Assembly (NCBI GenBank): GCA_050945495.1
Contig: JBMNTA010000004.1
Coordinates: forward strand, 10,876-74,875
Source: Saccharofermentanales bacterium
Lineage (GTDB): Bacteria; Bacillota; Clostridia; Saccharofermentanales; DTU023
Reading direction: 5' to 3'
Length of the DNA stretch: 64,000 nt
Below are positions 38,919-48,353 of the stretch, one piece after another. Numbering within the stretch: position 1 is the first letter of the stretch; each line of letters begins with the position of its first letter. The position numbers and the translations under genes were made by a program. Below the pieces are notes generated by a model. The model saw nothing but the letters and a program-made list of their open reading frames with translations, did not search any database and was not told the origin of the DNA.

Positions 38919-38969
38919 TTGACATCCTCCTTGCGATGAAGTAGCATACATTCAAGTAATCATGATTAC
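38919..38969 (+). promoter_or_regulatory. promoter TTGACA-17-TAGCAT (38919-38947) followed by the perfect 14-bp palindrome GTAATCATGATTAC (38956-38969)
   Basis: Read directly. The palindrome lies between the -10 and the GAAGGAGG RBS of the gene at 38985. Half-site copies TCATGATTA (38849-38857) and GTGATTAC (38865-38872) lie upstream. Confidence 0.6.
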
Positions 38970-38984
38970 CGAAGGAGGTGCGCG

Positions 38985-40310
38985 ATGCATTTGACCATAG
39001 GCAGGTTCCCGATTCGTGATGTGGTCTTCGGTTCGTCCACCTCCCTGAACGACGGCATCATCACCCTCGATAAAGCGAGCGCCATCCGCTTTCTGCGCGA
39101 AAGCGACGAACATTTAACCGATCTCGACATCGAAATCGCACGTCCGGGCGAGCACAAACGCATCGTCCCGATCAAGGAAGCGGTGGAGCCACGCTTGCGC
39201 ATGGACGGACGCACGCTGTTTCCCGGTGTGACGGGCGAGCTCGTGCCCTGCGGCGAAGGCAGCCTGCATGCCACCGAGGGCGTCGCGATCCTCGGCGTCG
39301 GCAAACATTGGGGCAGTTTCGGCGACGGCCTCGTCGACATGTTCGGCAAGGGCGCCCCTTACTCGCCGTTTTCTCAAACGATCAACATCTGTCTCGTCGC
39401 GGACACGGACGAGCCCGATCAACGGGAAGTGCAGAAAACCAATCACGCCATCCGTTGGGCGGCGCACCGATTCGCCGAATACCTCGGCGCCGTGTTGATC
39501 GACCATGTGCCAGACCGCGTGGAAACGTATGCATTGGCGCCACTGCTGAAACGAACGCACGAGGAAATGGCGTTACCGGGTGTCGTGTTGGTCATGCAGG
39601 CGCAGTCCCAGATGGAGGTTGCGGGGTACAACGACCTTTTCTACGGATGGGACATGAACCATTATTTGCCAAGTTTTGTGCACCCCAACACCATTTTGGA
39701 CGGGGGGCTCATTTCCGGAAGTTTCATGCCGTCAAGTTCCAAATGGTCGACGTATGACATGCAAAACTTCCCGCTCATCAAAGAACTGTACGCCCAACAC
39801 GGCAAAACCCTCAATTTCTTGGGCGTCATCCTGAGCAATTTGAACGTCTCGCTGAACCAAAAAGAGCGATCGGCCCTCCGCGTCGCTGAGATCGCGCAGG
39901 CGATCGGCGCCGACGGCGCGATCGTGACGGAAGAGGGCTACGGCAATCCGGACGCCGACTACATTCGCTGCATTGAAGTCCTGGAAGACGCCGGCATCCC
40001 GACGGTGGGCGTCAGCAACGAGTGCACGGGGCGCGACGGACGCAGTCAGCCGCTGGTCGTCATGAGCGAAAAAGCGAACGCGCTGGTCTCCACCGGCGAC
40101 GTCTCGCAGTTGATTGAACTGGAACCCGCCGAGACCGTCATCGGGGAGCTCGAAGCGCTCGCCCGCGACGGACTTTCCGGCGGTTGGGCCCACGACGAAA
40201 TCTTGGGTCCCTCGGTGCGCGACGACGGATCGATCATCATGGAGAATAATGCCATGTTCTGCGGAGATGCCATTTCCGGCGCCAGCGTCAAGACCGTCAA
40301 GGAGTTCTAG
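38985..40310 (+). CDS. GrdE/GrdI-family reductase component B subunit paralog lacking the cleavage-site Cys
   Basis: Collinear by eye with GrdE at 29496 (PRLRMDG, FPGV, GNPDADYI, TVGVSNE). LISGS-F247-MPSSSKWSTYD replaces IVSGN-C243-VSACDKNTTYH. Confidence 0.85.
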   Translation: MHLTIGRFPIRDVVFGSSTSLNDGIITLDKASAIRFLRESDEHLTDLDIEIARPGEHKRIVPIKEAVEPRLRMDGRTLFPGVTGELVPCGEGSLHATEGVAILGVGKHWGSFGDGLVDMFGKGAPYSPFSQTINICLVADTDEPDQREVQKTNHAIRWAAHRFAEYLGAVLIDHVPDRVETYALAPLLKRTHEEMALPGVVLVMQAQSQMEVAGYNDLFYGWDMNHYLPSFVHPNTILDGGLISGSFMPSSSKWSTYDMQNFPLIKELYAQHGKTLNFLGVILSNLNVSLNQKERSALRVAEIAQAIGADGAIVTEEGYGNPDADYIRCIEVLEDAGIPTVGVSNECTGRDGRSQPLVVMSEKANALVSTGDVSQLIELEPAETVIGELEALARDGLSGGWAHDEILGPSVRDDGSIIMENNAMFCGDAISGASVKTVKEF

Positions 40311-40312
40311 GC

Positions 40313-41620
40313 ATGAAAAAAGCGGTGTTGTACATCAATCAATTTTTTGCCGGCATCGGGGGCGAAGACCAAGCGAACCTCGAACCGGAGATGCGGCCGG
40401 GCGTGGTCGGATCCGGCATGGCGCTTCAGGCGGCCTTGGACGGCATCGAGATCACGCACACCCTCATTTGCGGCGACAACTACATCGGCACGCACGACAA
40501 AGAAGCGATCGAACGGATTTTGTCGCTGTTGGAGACGATTGAATTTGACCTGCTGTTTGCCGGTCCCGCCTTCCAAGCCGGGCGTTACGGCTTTGCGTGC
40601 GGACTGGTCTGCAAACGCGTTCGGGAAACGTTTGGCGTGCCGGTGTTTTCGTCGATGAATGAAGAGAACCCCGGCACCGAGATGTTCCACGAAGATTTTC
40701 CGATCTTCATCGGCGGGCGAAGTGCCGCCGCCATGCGCAAAGACTGTCGGCGGATGGGGCGTTACGCCAGCCGCCTCATGCGCGGCGAACCGCTCGAATG
40801 GGCCGAGAAGGAAGGCTATTTCGGCCGCGGGATCCGAAAGCAGATCCCGCTGGATCCGCCGGTGCCCGCCGCGCGGCGCGCCGTGGAGATGTTGACCCGT
40901 AAAATGGCGGGCGAGCCCTACGTCACGGAATTGCCGGTGCCGCCTCGGTCCCATGTACCGATTGCGCCGCCGATCAAAGATTTGACGCAGGCGACCCTGG
41001 CCGTCATCACCACGGGCGGCATCGTTCCGGTCGATAACCCCGACCGCATTCAGTCGGCCTCGGCCACGCGTTGGGGATCCTACGACATTTCATCGATGGA
41101 TCGCTTGGAAGCCGGCCGATTCAAGACCATTCACGCGGGCTTCGACCCCTACGCGGCCAACACCGATCCCAACGTGATCGTGCCGCTCGACGTCTTGCGA
41201 GCCATGGAAAAAGAGCATGTGTTCAAACGGTTGCACTCGCATTTCTTTTCCACGGTCGGCACGGGAACGACGCAGGCGGAAGCCGAGCGCATGGGTCGGG
41301 AAATGCTCGTCGAACTTCGGAGGAACCATGTAGACGGCGTGCTCATGGTATCGACCTGAGGGACCTGTACCCGTTGCGGCGCAACGATCGTCAAAGAAAT
41401 CGAACGGGAAGGCCTTCCCGTCGTTCAGCTGTGCAACATGATCCCCGTGGCCCTCACCGTGGGAAGCAACCGCATCGTTCCGACCATATCCATCCCCTAT
41501 CCTTTGGGCGATCCGAACGATCCGAAGGATGTCCAATACAAGCTACGCCGACATCTGGTGGCCAAAGCCCTCGAGGCGTTGACTGCCGATATCGAAGAAC
41601 AGACGGTTTTCAAGGTCTAG
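40313..41620 (+). CDS. GrdB/GrdH-family selenoprotein B paralog, UGA-Sec at 41357-41359
   Basis: Track ORFs 40313..41359 and 41438..41620 share one frame. Read-through gives VLMVST-U-GTCTRCGATIVKEIEREG. Hairpin CGTTGC-GGC-GCAACG at 41372-41386. Confidence 0.9.
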
Positions 41621-41762
41621 GCGGGGGGTGCGCGCAAGCATGCGGTTCCATACGCCAGACGATGCTCGAGGCGACTCGAGGATCTCCTTGACCATTCCAT
41701 CAACCGACCAAGCACGATGTGCTTCGAAGGGTGCGACATCACCGAACATAAGGAGGAAAAAC

Positions 41763-43298
41763 ATGTTGAAACGAGGTTTTGGGAAAAAGGTTGTGGCAGC
41801 CTTTCTGATTGCGATACTTGTCGTGAGTGTCGTCGGCTGCGGACCGAAAGAACAGACGACGGGCGGCGCGAAAGATTCGCTGACCATCGGCATCGTCGCC
41901 GACGCGACGACGATGGATGCGCAAATGTTCAACGACAACATGACCGAAGGCATTGTCTCGAACATCTACGACCCGATCGTCCGCGTCACACCGGACGGCG
42001 AAATCGTCCCCTGCATCGCAGAAAAATGGGAAATTTCCGAGGACGGTCGAGTGTATACGTTCGACATCAAGCAGGGCGTTAAATTCCACAACGGCGATGA
42101 GCTGACACTGGACGACGTGGTCTTCACGTTGAATCGGTGCAAAGAGTCCTCGTTTGTGGGCACGTACTTCTCGTACATTGAGGACGTCAAAACGCAAGGC
42201 GACCACCAAGTCGTCGTGACGCTGGCGTATCCTTACAGCTCCTTCATGCCGATCCTGGCTTGCTACAGCGGCGTCGTGAGCAAAAAACTCCTCACCGAAG
42301 ATCCCGATTCGATGGCGAGAAATCCGGTCGGCACGGGCCCCTACAAGTTTGTGAAATGGGAACCGGAAAACGTCATCGTCATGGAAGCTTTCGAAGATTA
42401 CCATGCGGGCGCGGCCCCCATCAAAAACGTGACATTCCGCATCATCGGATCGGCCTCCACCGGCACGATTTCGCTGCAAAAAGGCTCGATCGACGCCTAC
42501 GTCAACGTGTCCTCGGTCGATCGTCAAACCGTCAAAGACGACGAGCATTTGGAATTGCTCGAACGCTCGTCGGGCGCCTTCCGCTTCTTGGGCATCAACT
42601 GCGAAGTCAAACCGTTTGACGACGTCCGCGTGCGGCAAGCCATCGCGCACGCCATCGACAAAGAAGCCGTCGTCATCGGGGCGGAAGACGGGAACGGCGT
42701 CGTCGCCGTCAGCCACATTCCGGAAGGCGTCGTCGGTTACGATCCGAACTTCAAGGACCTCGAACACGACGTCGAGAAAGCCAAAGCGCTCTTGGCGGAC
42801 GCCGGCTATCCCGAGGGGTTTGAGTGCACGCTCACCACGACGGAGAACCGGTCGATGCACGCGCAGATCATTCAGGCCGACCTGAAGAAAATCGGCATCG
42901 ACGTCAAGATCGAACTGCTCGAATCCGGCACCTTCTACGAAGACCTGGAGAACGGCGATTTTGAACTGCAGATTCTGGGCTGGTCCTACATCGCGCAGGA
43001 TCCGGACGTCGCCATTTACGACTTGTACAAGTCGGACAACGCGCTCGCGGGCAACTACGGCCGTTACGCCAACCCGAAGATGGACGAACTGCTCGAAAAA
43101 GCGCGCGTCTCCACCGATACGGCCGAACGTCAAAAATTGTACGAAGAGGTGGAAGCCCTCTGCCGTGACGATGCCTTCAACATCGTCATCTACTGGACGG
43201 TGGCCAACATCGGCTTCAACAAAGATTTGAGAGGCGTTCAGGTATCTCCGAAGTCGACGTACTTCGTCTATCCTTTCCATTGGGCGGACGGCGAGTAA
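41763..43298 (+). CDS. ABC transporter substrate-binding lipoprotein, family 5 (peptide/nickel/opine type)
   Basis: Lipobox LVVSVVGC after a basic N-terminus. AAGGAGG RBS before ATG 41763. SBP_bac_5-like body of about 510 aa. Confidence 0.9.
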   Translation: MLKRGFGKKVVAAFLIAILVVSVVGCGPKEQTTGGAKDSLTIGIVADATTMDAQMFNDNMTEGIVSNIYDPIVRVTPDGEIVPCIAEKWEISEDGRVYTFDIKQGVKFHNGDELTLDDVVFTLNRCKESSFVGTYFSYIEDVKTQGDHQVVVTLAYPYSSFMPILACYSGVVSKKLLTEDPDSMARNPVGTGPYKFVKWEPENVIVMEAFEDYHAGAAPIKNVTFRIIGSASTGTISLQKGSIDAYVNVSSVDRQTVKDDEHLELLERSSGAFRFLGINCEVKPFDDVRVRQAIAHAIDKEAVVIGAEDGNGVVAVSHIPEGVVGYDPNFKDLEHDVEKAKALLADAGYPEGFECTLTTTENRSMHAQIIQADLKKIGIDVKIELLESGTFYEDLENGDFELQILGWSYIAQDPDVAIYDLYKSDNALAGNYGRYANPKMDELLEKARVSTDTAERQKLYEEVEALCRDDAFNIVIYWTVANIGFNKDLRGVQVSPKSTYFVYPFHWADGE

Positions 43299-43380
43299 TC
43301 GTTGATGCCGGCTAAGTTTTTTCGGGGCGCATCCCACATGCGCCCCGAACCATCGTTGAACGCACGGATTGAGGACATCT

Positions 43381-44346
43381 ATGCTTAAATACGTTTTCAA
43401 AAGAATTTTGCTGATGATTCCGGTGCTCATAGGCATTTCTTTTATCATCTTCAGCATCATTTCATTGACCCCCGGGAATCCGGCAAAGGCCATCTTGGGG
43501 GAACGCGCAAGCCCGGAAGCCATCGACGCGTTGAACGAAGAGCTCGGCTACAACGACCCGTTCCTGGTCAAATACGGCAACTATTTAAAAAATGCCTTTA
43601 AGGGCGATTTCGGCACGTCCTACAAATCGGGATTGCCGGTGACGGAGGAAATCGGGCGTCGCTTTCCGGTGACGCTGTTGCTCGCCGTCATGATCATGGT
43701 CATCACCGTCATTGTCGCCATCCCCTTGGGGGTGTTTGTCGCGATGCGGAAGAACACGGTGGCCGACGGGACGAGTTTGGTCGTCGCGCTTTTATTGAAC
43801 TCCATGCCGTCCTTCTGGTTGGGCCTGTTGTTGATGCTGCTGTTCTCGCTGTATCTCGACTGGCTGCCGGAGACGGGCTCATCGTCCTTCGCCCACTTCA
43901 TCCTTCCGGCGTTGACCTTGTCGGCGAGCAACATCGCGCAAATCATGCGGATGACGCGATCGTCCATGCTGGAAGTCGTGGGGCAGGACTACATTCGCAC
44001 CGCCAAGGCCAAGGGCGCGAAAAAGAATCAGATCATTGTCAAGCACGCGTTAAAGAATGCCTTGATCCCGGTCATCACCGCCGTCGGCGTCAACTTCGGT
44101 TACACGCTCGGCGGATCGGTGCTCGCCGAATCCGTGTTCGGCATGACGGGCCTCGGAAGCTTGCTGCTCAACGCGATACGAAGCAAAGACATTCCTTTGG
44201 TCATGGGTTCGGTCTTATTCATGTCGTTCTTGTTCAGCATTGTCAACTTGATCGTGGACATCTCGTACGGATTCATTGATCCGCGCATCCGAGGGCAATA
44301 TGCGACCGGCAAGCGGAGACGAGCGAAACGAGGTCAAAATGTCTAA
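43381..44346 (+). CDS. ABC transporter permease (OppB/DppB type)
   Basis: MLKYVFKRILLMIPVLIGISFIIF start typical of DppB. EAA loop region YIRTAKAKGAKKNQII. Confidence 0.9.
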   Translation: MLKYVFKRILLMIPVLIGISFIIFSIISLTPGNPAKAILGERASPEAIDALNEELGYNDPFLVKYGNYLKNAFKGDFGTSYKSGLPVTEEIGRRFPVTLLLAVMIMVITVIVAIPLGVFVAMRKNTVADGTSLVVALLLNSMPSFWLGLLLMLLFSLYLDWLPETGSSSFAHFILPALTLSASNIAQIMRMTRSSMLEVVGQDYIRTAKAKGAKKNQIIVKHALKNALIPVITAVGVNFGYTLGGSVLAESVFGMTGLGSLLLNAIRSKDIPLVMGSVLFMSFLFSIVNLIVDISYGFIDPRIRGQYATGKRRRAKRGQNV

Positions 44347-45232
44347 AAAGAAATCCAAAAAACCCATCCCGAAGACGTTGACCCGACGCACCCCGTGGCA
44401 GGACGCCATGTTCCGCTTCCGTCAGGACAAGTTGGCCATGGCGGGCCTGTGGATTTTGGTGGCGATTCTGCTGATCACCATCCTCGGAGCCATCTTCTTG
44501 GATTACGACACCCAGGTCATCGAGCAAAACGTGCGCAACAAGTATGCGCCGCCCAGTGCGGAACACTGGTTCGGCACCGACGGATTCGGCCGCGACATCT
44601 TTGCCCGTGTCGTGTGGGGATCCCGCTACTCGCTGCTCATCGGCTTTGCCGCCACGTTCAGCTCCTTGTTCATCGGAGGTTTTCTCGGCGCCATCGCCGG
44701 CTATTACGGCGGCAAAATCGATAACGTGATCATGCGTATCATGGACATGTTCATCGCCATTCCGACCATTCTCTTGGCGATCGCGATCGTCTCGGCGCTG
44801 GGGCCGAGCTTGTTGAACCTCATCATGGCGATCTGCATCTCCAACGTGCCGGGCTACGCGCGACTCATCCGCTCGTCGGTGCTGACCATCAAGGACAACG
44901 ATTTCGTGGAAGCGGCACGGGCGACCGGGGCGAGCAACCGCAAGATCATCATGACGCACATTCTGCCCAACACGCTGGCACCGATCATCGTCCAAGCGAC
45001 CCTCGGCGTCGGCTACGCCATTTCCAGCGCGTCCGGCCTGAGTTTCCTGGGATTGGGCATTATGCCGCCCGACCCGGAATGGGGCAACATGTTGGCGGAA
45101 GGACAGGACGTGATCCGATATACGCCCTGGCCCGTCATCTTCCCCGGTCTGGCCATCATGATCACCGTTTTGGCGCTCAACCTTGTCGGCGACGGACTTC
45201 GCGACTCGATTGACCCCAAACTGAAAAGGTAG
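44339..45232 (+). CDS. ABC transporter permease (OppC/DppC type)
   Basis: Start overlaps the preceding stop. HWFGTDGFGRDIFARV motif typical of DppC. Confidence 0.9.
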   Translation: MSKKKSKKPIPKTLTRRTPWQDAMFRFRQDKLAMAGLWILVAILLITILGAIFLDYDTQVIEQNVRNKYAPPSAEHWFGTDGFGRDIFARVVWGSRYSLLIGFAATFSSLFIGGFLGAIAGYYGGKIDNVIMRIMDMFIAIPTILLAIAIVSALGPSLLNLIMAICISNVPGYARLIRSSVLTIKDNDFVEAARATGASNRKIIMTHILPNTLAPIIVQATLGVGYAISSASGLSFLGLGIMPPDPEWGNMLAEGQDVIRYTPWPVIFPGLAIMITVLALNLVGDGLRDSIDPKLKR

Positions 45233-45241
45233 GCGTTCGTT

Positions 45242-46222
45242 ATGGAAAATACCCTTCTATCGATTGAAGACCTGGTGGTGCGTTACAATACGTCGACCGG
45301 CGTCGTGCATGCGGTCAACGGGATTACGTTGGACTTGAAAAAAGGTGAAACGCTCGGGCTCGTCGGCGAAACGGGCGCGGGCAAGACGACCATCGGATTC
45401 AGCATCCTGCAGTTGCTGCCCGAGGATATCGGGGAAATCGTCCGGGGCAAAATCTTCTTTAACGGCGAAGACCTGACCGAATTTTCGGAAAGCGAGATGG
45501 AAGACATCCGCGGAGAGAAGATCTCGATGATCTTCCAAGATCCGATGACGAGCCTCAACCCGATTATGCCCGTGGAAGAGCAAATCGCCGAAGCGATCGA
45601 ACTCCATAACGACCAACTGAGCAAACATGAGGTCGACGATCGCGTCGATCAAATGCTTGAATTGGTCGGCATCCCCAAAGAACGCAAGTACGAGTATCCG
45701 CACCAGTTCAGCGGCGGCATGAAGCAACGCGTCATCATCGCCATGGCGTTGGCGTGCGATCCGCAACTCTTGATCGCGGACGAGCCCACCACGGCGTTGG
45801 ACGTCACGGTGCAGGCGCAAGTCCTGGAATTGATGAATGAGCTGAAAAGTCAATTGAACACCTCCCTGTTGTTGATTACGCACGACCTTGGGGTCATCGC
45901 GCAGATGTGTGACCGCGTCGCCGTGATTTATGCCGGCGAGATCGTGGAAATCGGCTCGCTGGAGGACGTCTACGACGACCCGGACTTCAAGCACCCCTAC
46001 ACGCGCGGGCTGTTCGGCGCCATCCCGGACTTGAAATCGGACGAAAAGCGGCTGCGCCCCGTCGAGGGATTGATGCCCGATCCGATGGATTTGCCGTCGG
46101 GCTGTTCGTTCCATCCGCGCTGTCGCCACTGCATGGAGATCTGCAAGACGAAGAAACCGCCCGTCATCGTGCGTGACGGCCATGCCGTGATGTGCCATCT
46201 TTTTGAGGAAGACCATGAGTGA
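45242..46222 (+). CDS. ABC transporter ATP-binding protein (OppD type, C-terminal Cys motif)
   Basis: Walker A GETGAGKT, signature FSGGMKQRV, Walker B LLIADEPTTALD, C-terminal CSFHPRCRHC. Confidence 0.9.
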   Translation: MENTLLSIEDLVVRYNTSTGVVHAVNGITLDLKKGETLGLVGETGAGKTTIGFSILQLLPEDIGEIVRGKIFFNGEDLTEFSESEMEDIRGEKISMIFQDPMTSLNPIMPVEEQIAEAIELHNDQLSKHEVDDRVDQMLELVGIPKERKYEYPHQFSGGMKQRVIIAMALACDPQLLIADEPTTALDVTVQAQVLELMNELKSQLNTSLLLITHDLGVIAQMCDRVAVIYAGEIVEIGSLEDVYDDPDFKHPYTRGLFGAIPDLKSDEKRLRPVEGLMPDPMDLPSGCSFHPRCRHCMEICKTKKPPVIVRDGHAVMCHLFEEDHE

Positions 46223-47213
46223 GTATGTCATTGAAACACGCGATCTGAAGAAATATTTTAAGTCGCCCCACGGCGTCGTCCATGCGGTCGACGGCATCGA
46301 CATGCGGGTGAAGCGGGGCGAGACGCTGGGCATCGTCGGGGAATCGGGCTGTGGCAAGAGCACGCTGGCACGCCTGCTTTTGCGCCTGATCGACGCGACG
46401 TCGGGCGAGATCTATTTCAACGGGGAAAACATTCTGGACTACCGCCCCAAGAAAATGAAAGAAACGCGGAAACAAATTCAGATCATTTTCCAAGACCCGT
46501 ATGCGTCGCTCAATCCGCGATTGTCGGTCAGCGAGATCATTTCCGAGCCGCTCAGAAACTTTAAAGATTACGAGAACGCCAAGGATCTCCAACAAAAAGT
46601 GATGAGCGTCATGGACAAAGTCGGCTTGGACCAGCGCTTCTTTTACAGCTACCCGCATGAATTGGACGGCGGACGACGCCAGCGGATCGGCATCGCGCGA
46701 GCACTCATCCTGCAGCCGGAGGTGATCGTCTGCGACGAGCCGGTGTCGGCGCTCGACGTCAGCGTGCAGGCACAGATCCTCAACCTGCTGATGGACTTGC
46801 AGGAGCAGATGGGACTCACCTACGTGTTTATTTCCCATGACCTGTCGGTCGTCAAACATATTTCCGACAACATCATGGTGATGTACCTCGGCAAATGCGT
46901 GGAACTTGCGCCCTCCGAAAAAATCTTCAAAAACCCCGCCCATCCTTACACGCAGGCCCTGTTGGATTCGATCCTTTTGCCCTCCAGTTCGCAAAAAGGC
47001 AAAAAATTGCCTTTAATTAAGGGAGAACTTACCGGCGCGCTCGATCCCGATCCGGGGTGTCGATTCGCGCCGCGGTGCAAATGGGCGACGGACGCTTGCA
47101 AAGCCGACGATATCCCGTTGGAGCAAATCCGCGACGCCCATCACGTGGCATGTCTGCGATGGAAAGAGGTGCTCGAACACAATGCATCCCCACATTCGGT
47201 CCAAGATTCTTGA
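46215..47213 (+). CDS. ABC transporter ATP-binding protein (OppF type)
   Basis: Walker A GESGCGKST, signature LDGGRRQRI, Walker B VIVCDEPVSALD, C-terminal CRFAPRC. Confidence 0.9.
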   Translation: MSEYVIETRDLKKYFKSPHGVVHAVDGIDMRVKRGETLGIVGESGCGKSTLARLLLRLIDATSGEIYFNGENILDYRPKKMKETRKQIQIIFQDPYASLNPRLSVSEIISEPLRNFKDYENAKDLQQKVMSVMDKVGLDQRFFYSYPHELDGGRRQRIGIARALILQPEVIVCDEPVSALDVSVQAQILNLLMDLQEQMGLTYVFISHDLSVVKHISDNIMVMYLGKCVELAPSEKIFKNPAHPYTQALLDSILLPSSSQKGKKLPLIKGELTGALDPDPGCRFAPRCKWATDACKADDIPLEQIRDAHHVACLRWKEVLEHNASPHSVQDS

Positions 47214-48315
47214 CGTTGACACCGGATCGTTTGATCTGAAAGACATCGCGGTGGACGGCGAACGTTTCGTCGAACCGTCGGCCGCGCCCCCCGCATCGGA
47301 CGTGTGGCACCTGGAGGATCGCTACATCACGCCCGGGTTGATCGAGGCGCATTCGCACCTCGGCCTCTGCGAGGCCGGCCGGGGCGAAGCGGGTGAAGAC
47401 ATTTGCGAGACATCCGAGGCCTCCGTGCCGCAATTGCGGGCGCTCGACGCTTTTAATCCGTTCGATCCCGCGATCGAACGCGCGCGTTCGGGCGGCGTCA
47501 CCGTGGCATGCACGGGGCCGGGAAGCCTCAATGTCTTGGGCGGCCTCTTCATCACCGTGGAGCTTGCGGGCACGGTCGTCGATGAAATGGTGATCGATCC
47601 CGCGGCCGCGCTCAAGTGTGCGCTCGGCGAAAATCCGAAAGCGTTCGGGACCAAGGGCAAGTTTCCCAATTCACGGATGGGCATCGCGGCGATCATTCGC
47701 CAAAGCTTTTACGATGCCATGGCGTACGGCCGCAAGAAAGCCGCCGATCCCGACCTGCCGATCGATCTGCGTTACGAACACCTGTTGATGGTGCTGCGCC
47801 GTGAAATTCCTTTGAAAACGCACGTCCACCGGGCCGATGACATCTGCACGGCCATTCGCTTGGCCCGTGAGTTCAATCTTCGCCTCACGCTCGACCATTG
47901 CACCGAAGGCCACAAGATCGCGCCCTATCTTGCGCAATTCGATTATCCGATCATCCTCGGCCCGAGTTTCGGTGTGCCGGGCAAGCGCGAGACGTTGGAA
48001 AAATCCTTTGCGACGGCGGCGACGCTGTACCGACACGGCATCGCCTTTTCGGTGACGACGGATCACGACGTGTTCCCGCAAGAAGAACTGATCACCTGCG
48101 CGGCGCGCGTCAAAAAGGCCGGCGTCCCCGAGGCGGAAGCCTTCAAGGCCGTGACGCTCCACCCCGCCCAAGCCTTGTCGATCGACGATCGCAAGGGCAG
48201 CATCGAGCCCGGCAAAGATGCCGATTTCGTCGTATGGAGCGGGCATCCGTTCGACCTGGAGTCGCGCGTCGAGCACGTCTTTATCCGCGGTCGCAAGGTC
48301 TATGCGGCCGACTGA
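47182..48315 (+). CDS. amidohydrolase-superfamily protein (imidazolonepropionase-like, COG1228 type)
   Basis: ITPGLIEAHSHLG metal motif, later HVHRADD and a C-terminal GSIEPGKDADFVVW strand. Overlaps the ATPase gene by 32 nt. Confidence 0.8.
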   Translation: MHPHIRSKILDVDTGSFDLKDIAVDGERFVEPSAAPPASDVWHLEDRYITPGLIEAHSHLGLCEAGRGEAGEDICETSEASVPQLRALDAFNPFDPAIERARSGGVTVACTGPGSLNVLGGLFITVELAGTVVDEMVIDPAAALKCALGENPKAFGTKGKFPNSRMGIAAIIRQSFYDAMAYGRKKAADPDLPIDLRYEHLLMVLRREIPLKTHVHRADDICTAIRLAREFNLRLTLDHCTEGHKIAPYLAQFDYPIILGPSFGVPGKRETLEKSFATAATLYRHGIAFSVTTDHDVFPQEELITCAARVKKAGVPEAEAFKAVTLHPAQALSIDDRKGSIEPGKDADFVVWSGHPFDLESRVEHVFIRGRKVYAAD

Positions 48316-48353
48316 CGTTTCCTTTACAATGACATTCCACGGAGGAGAACGCG

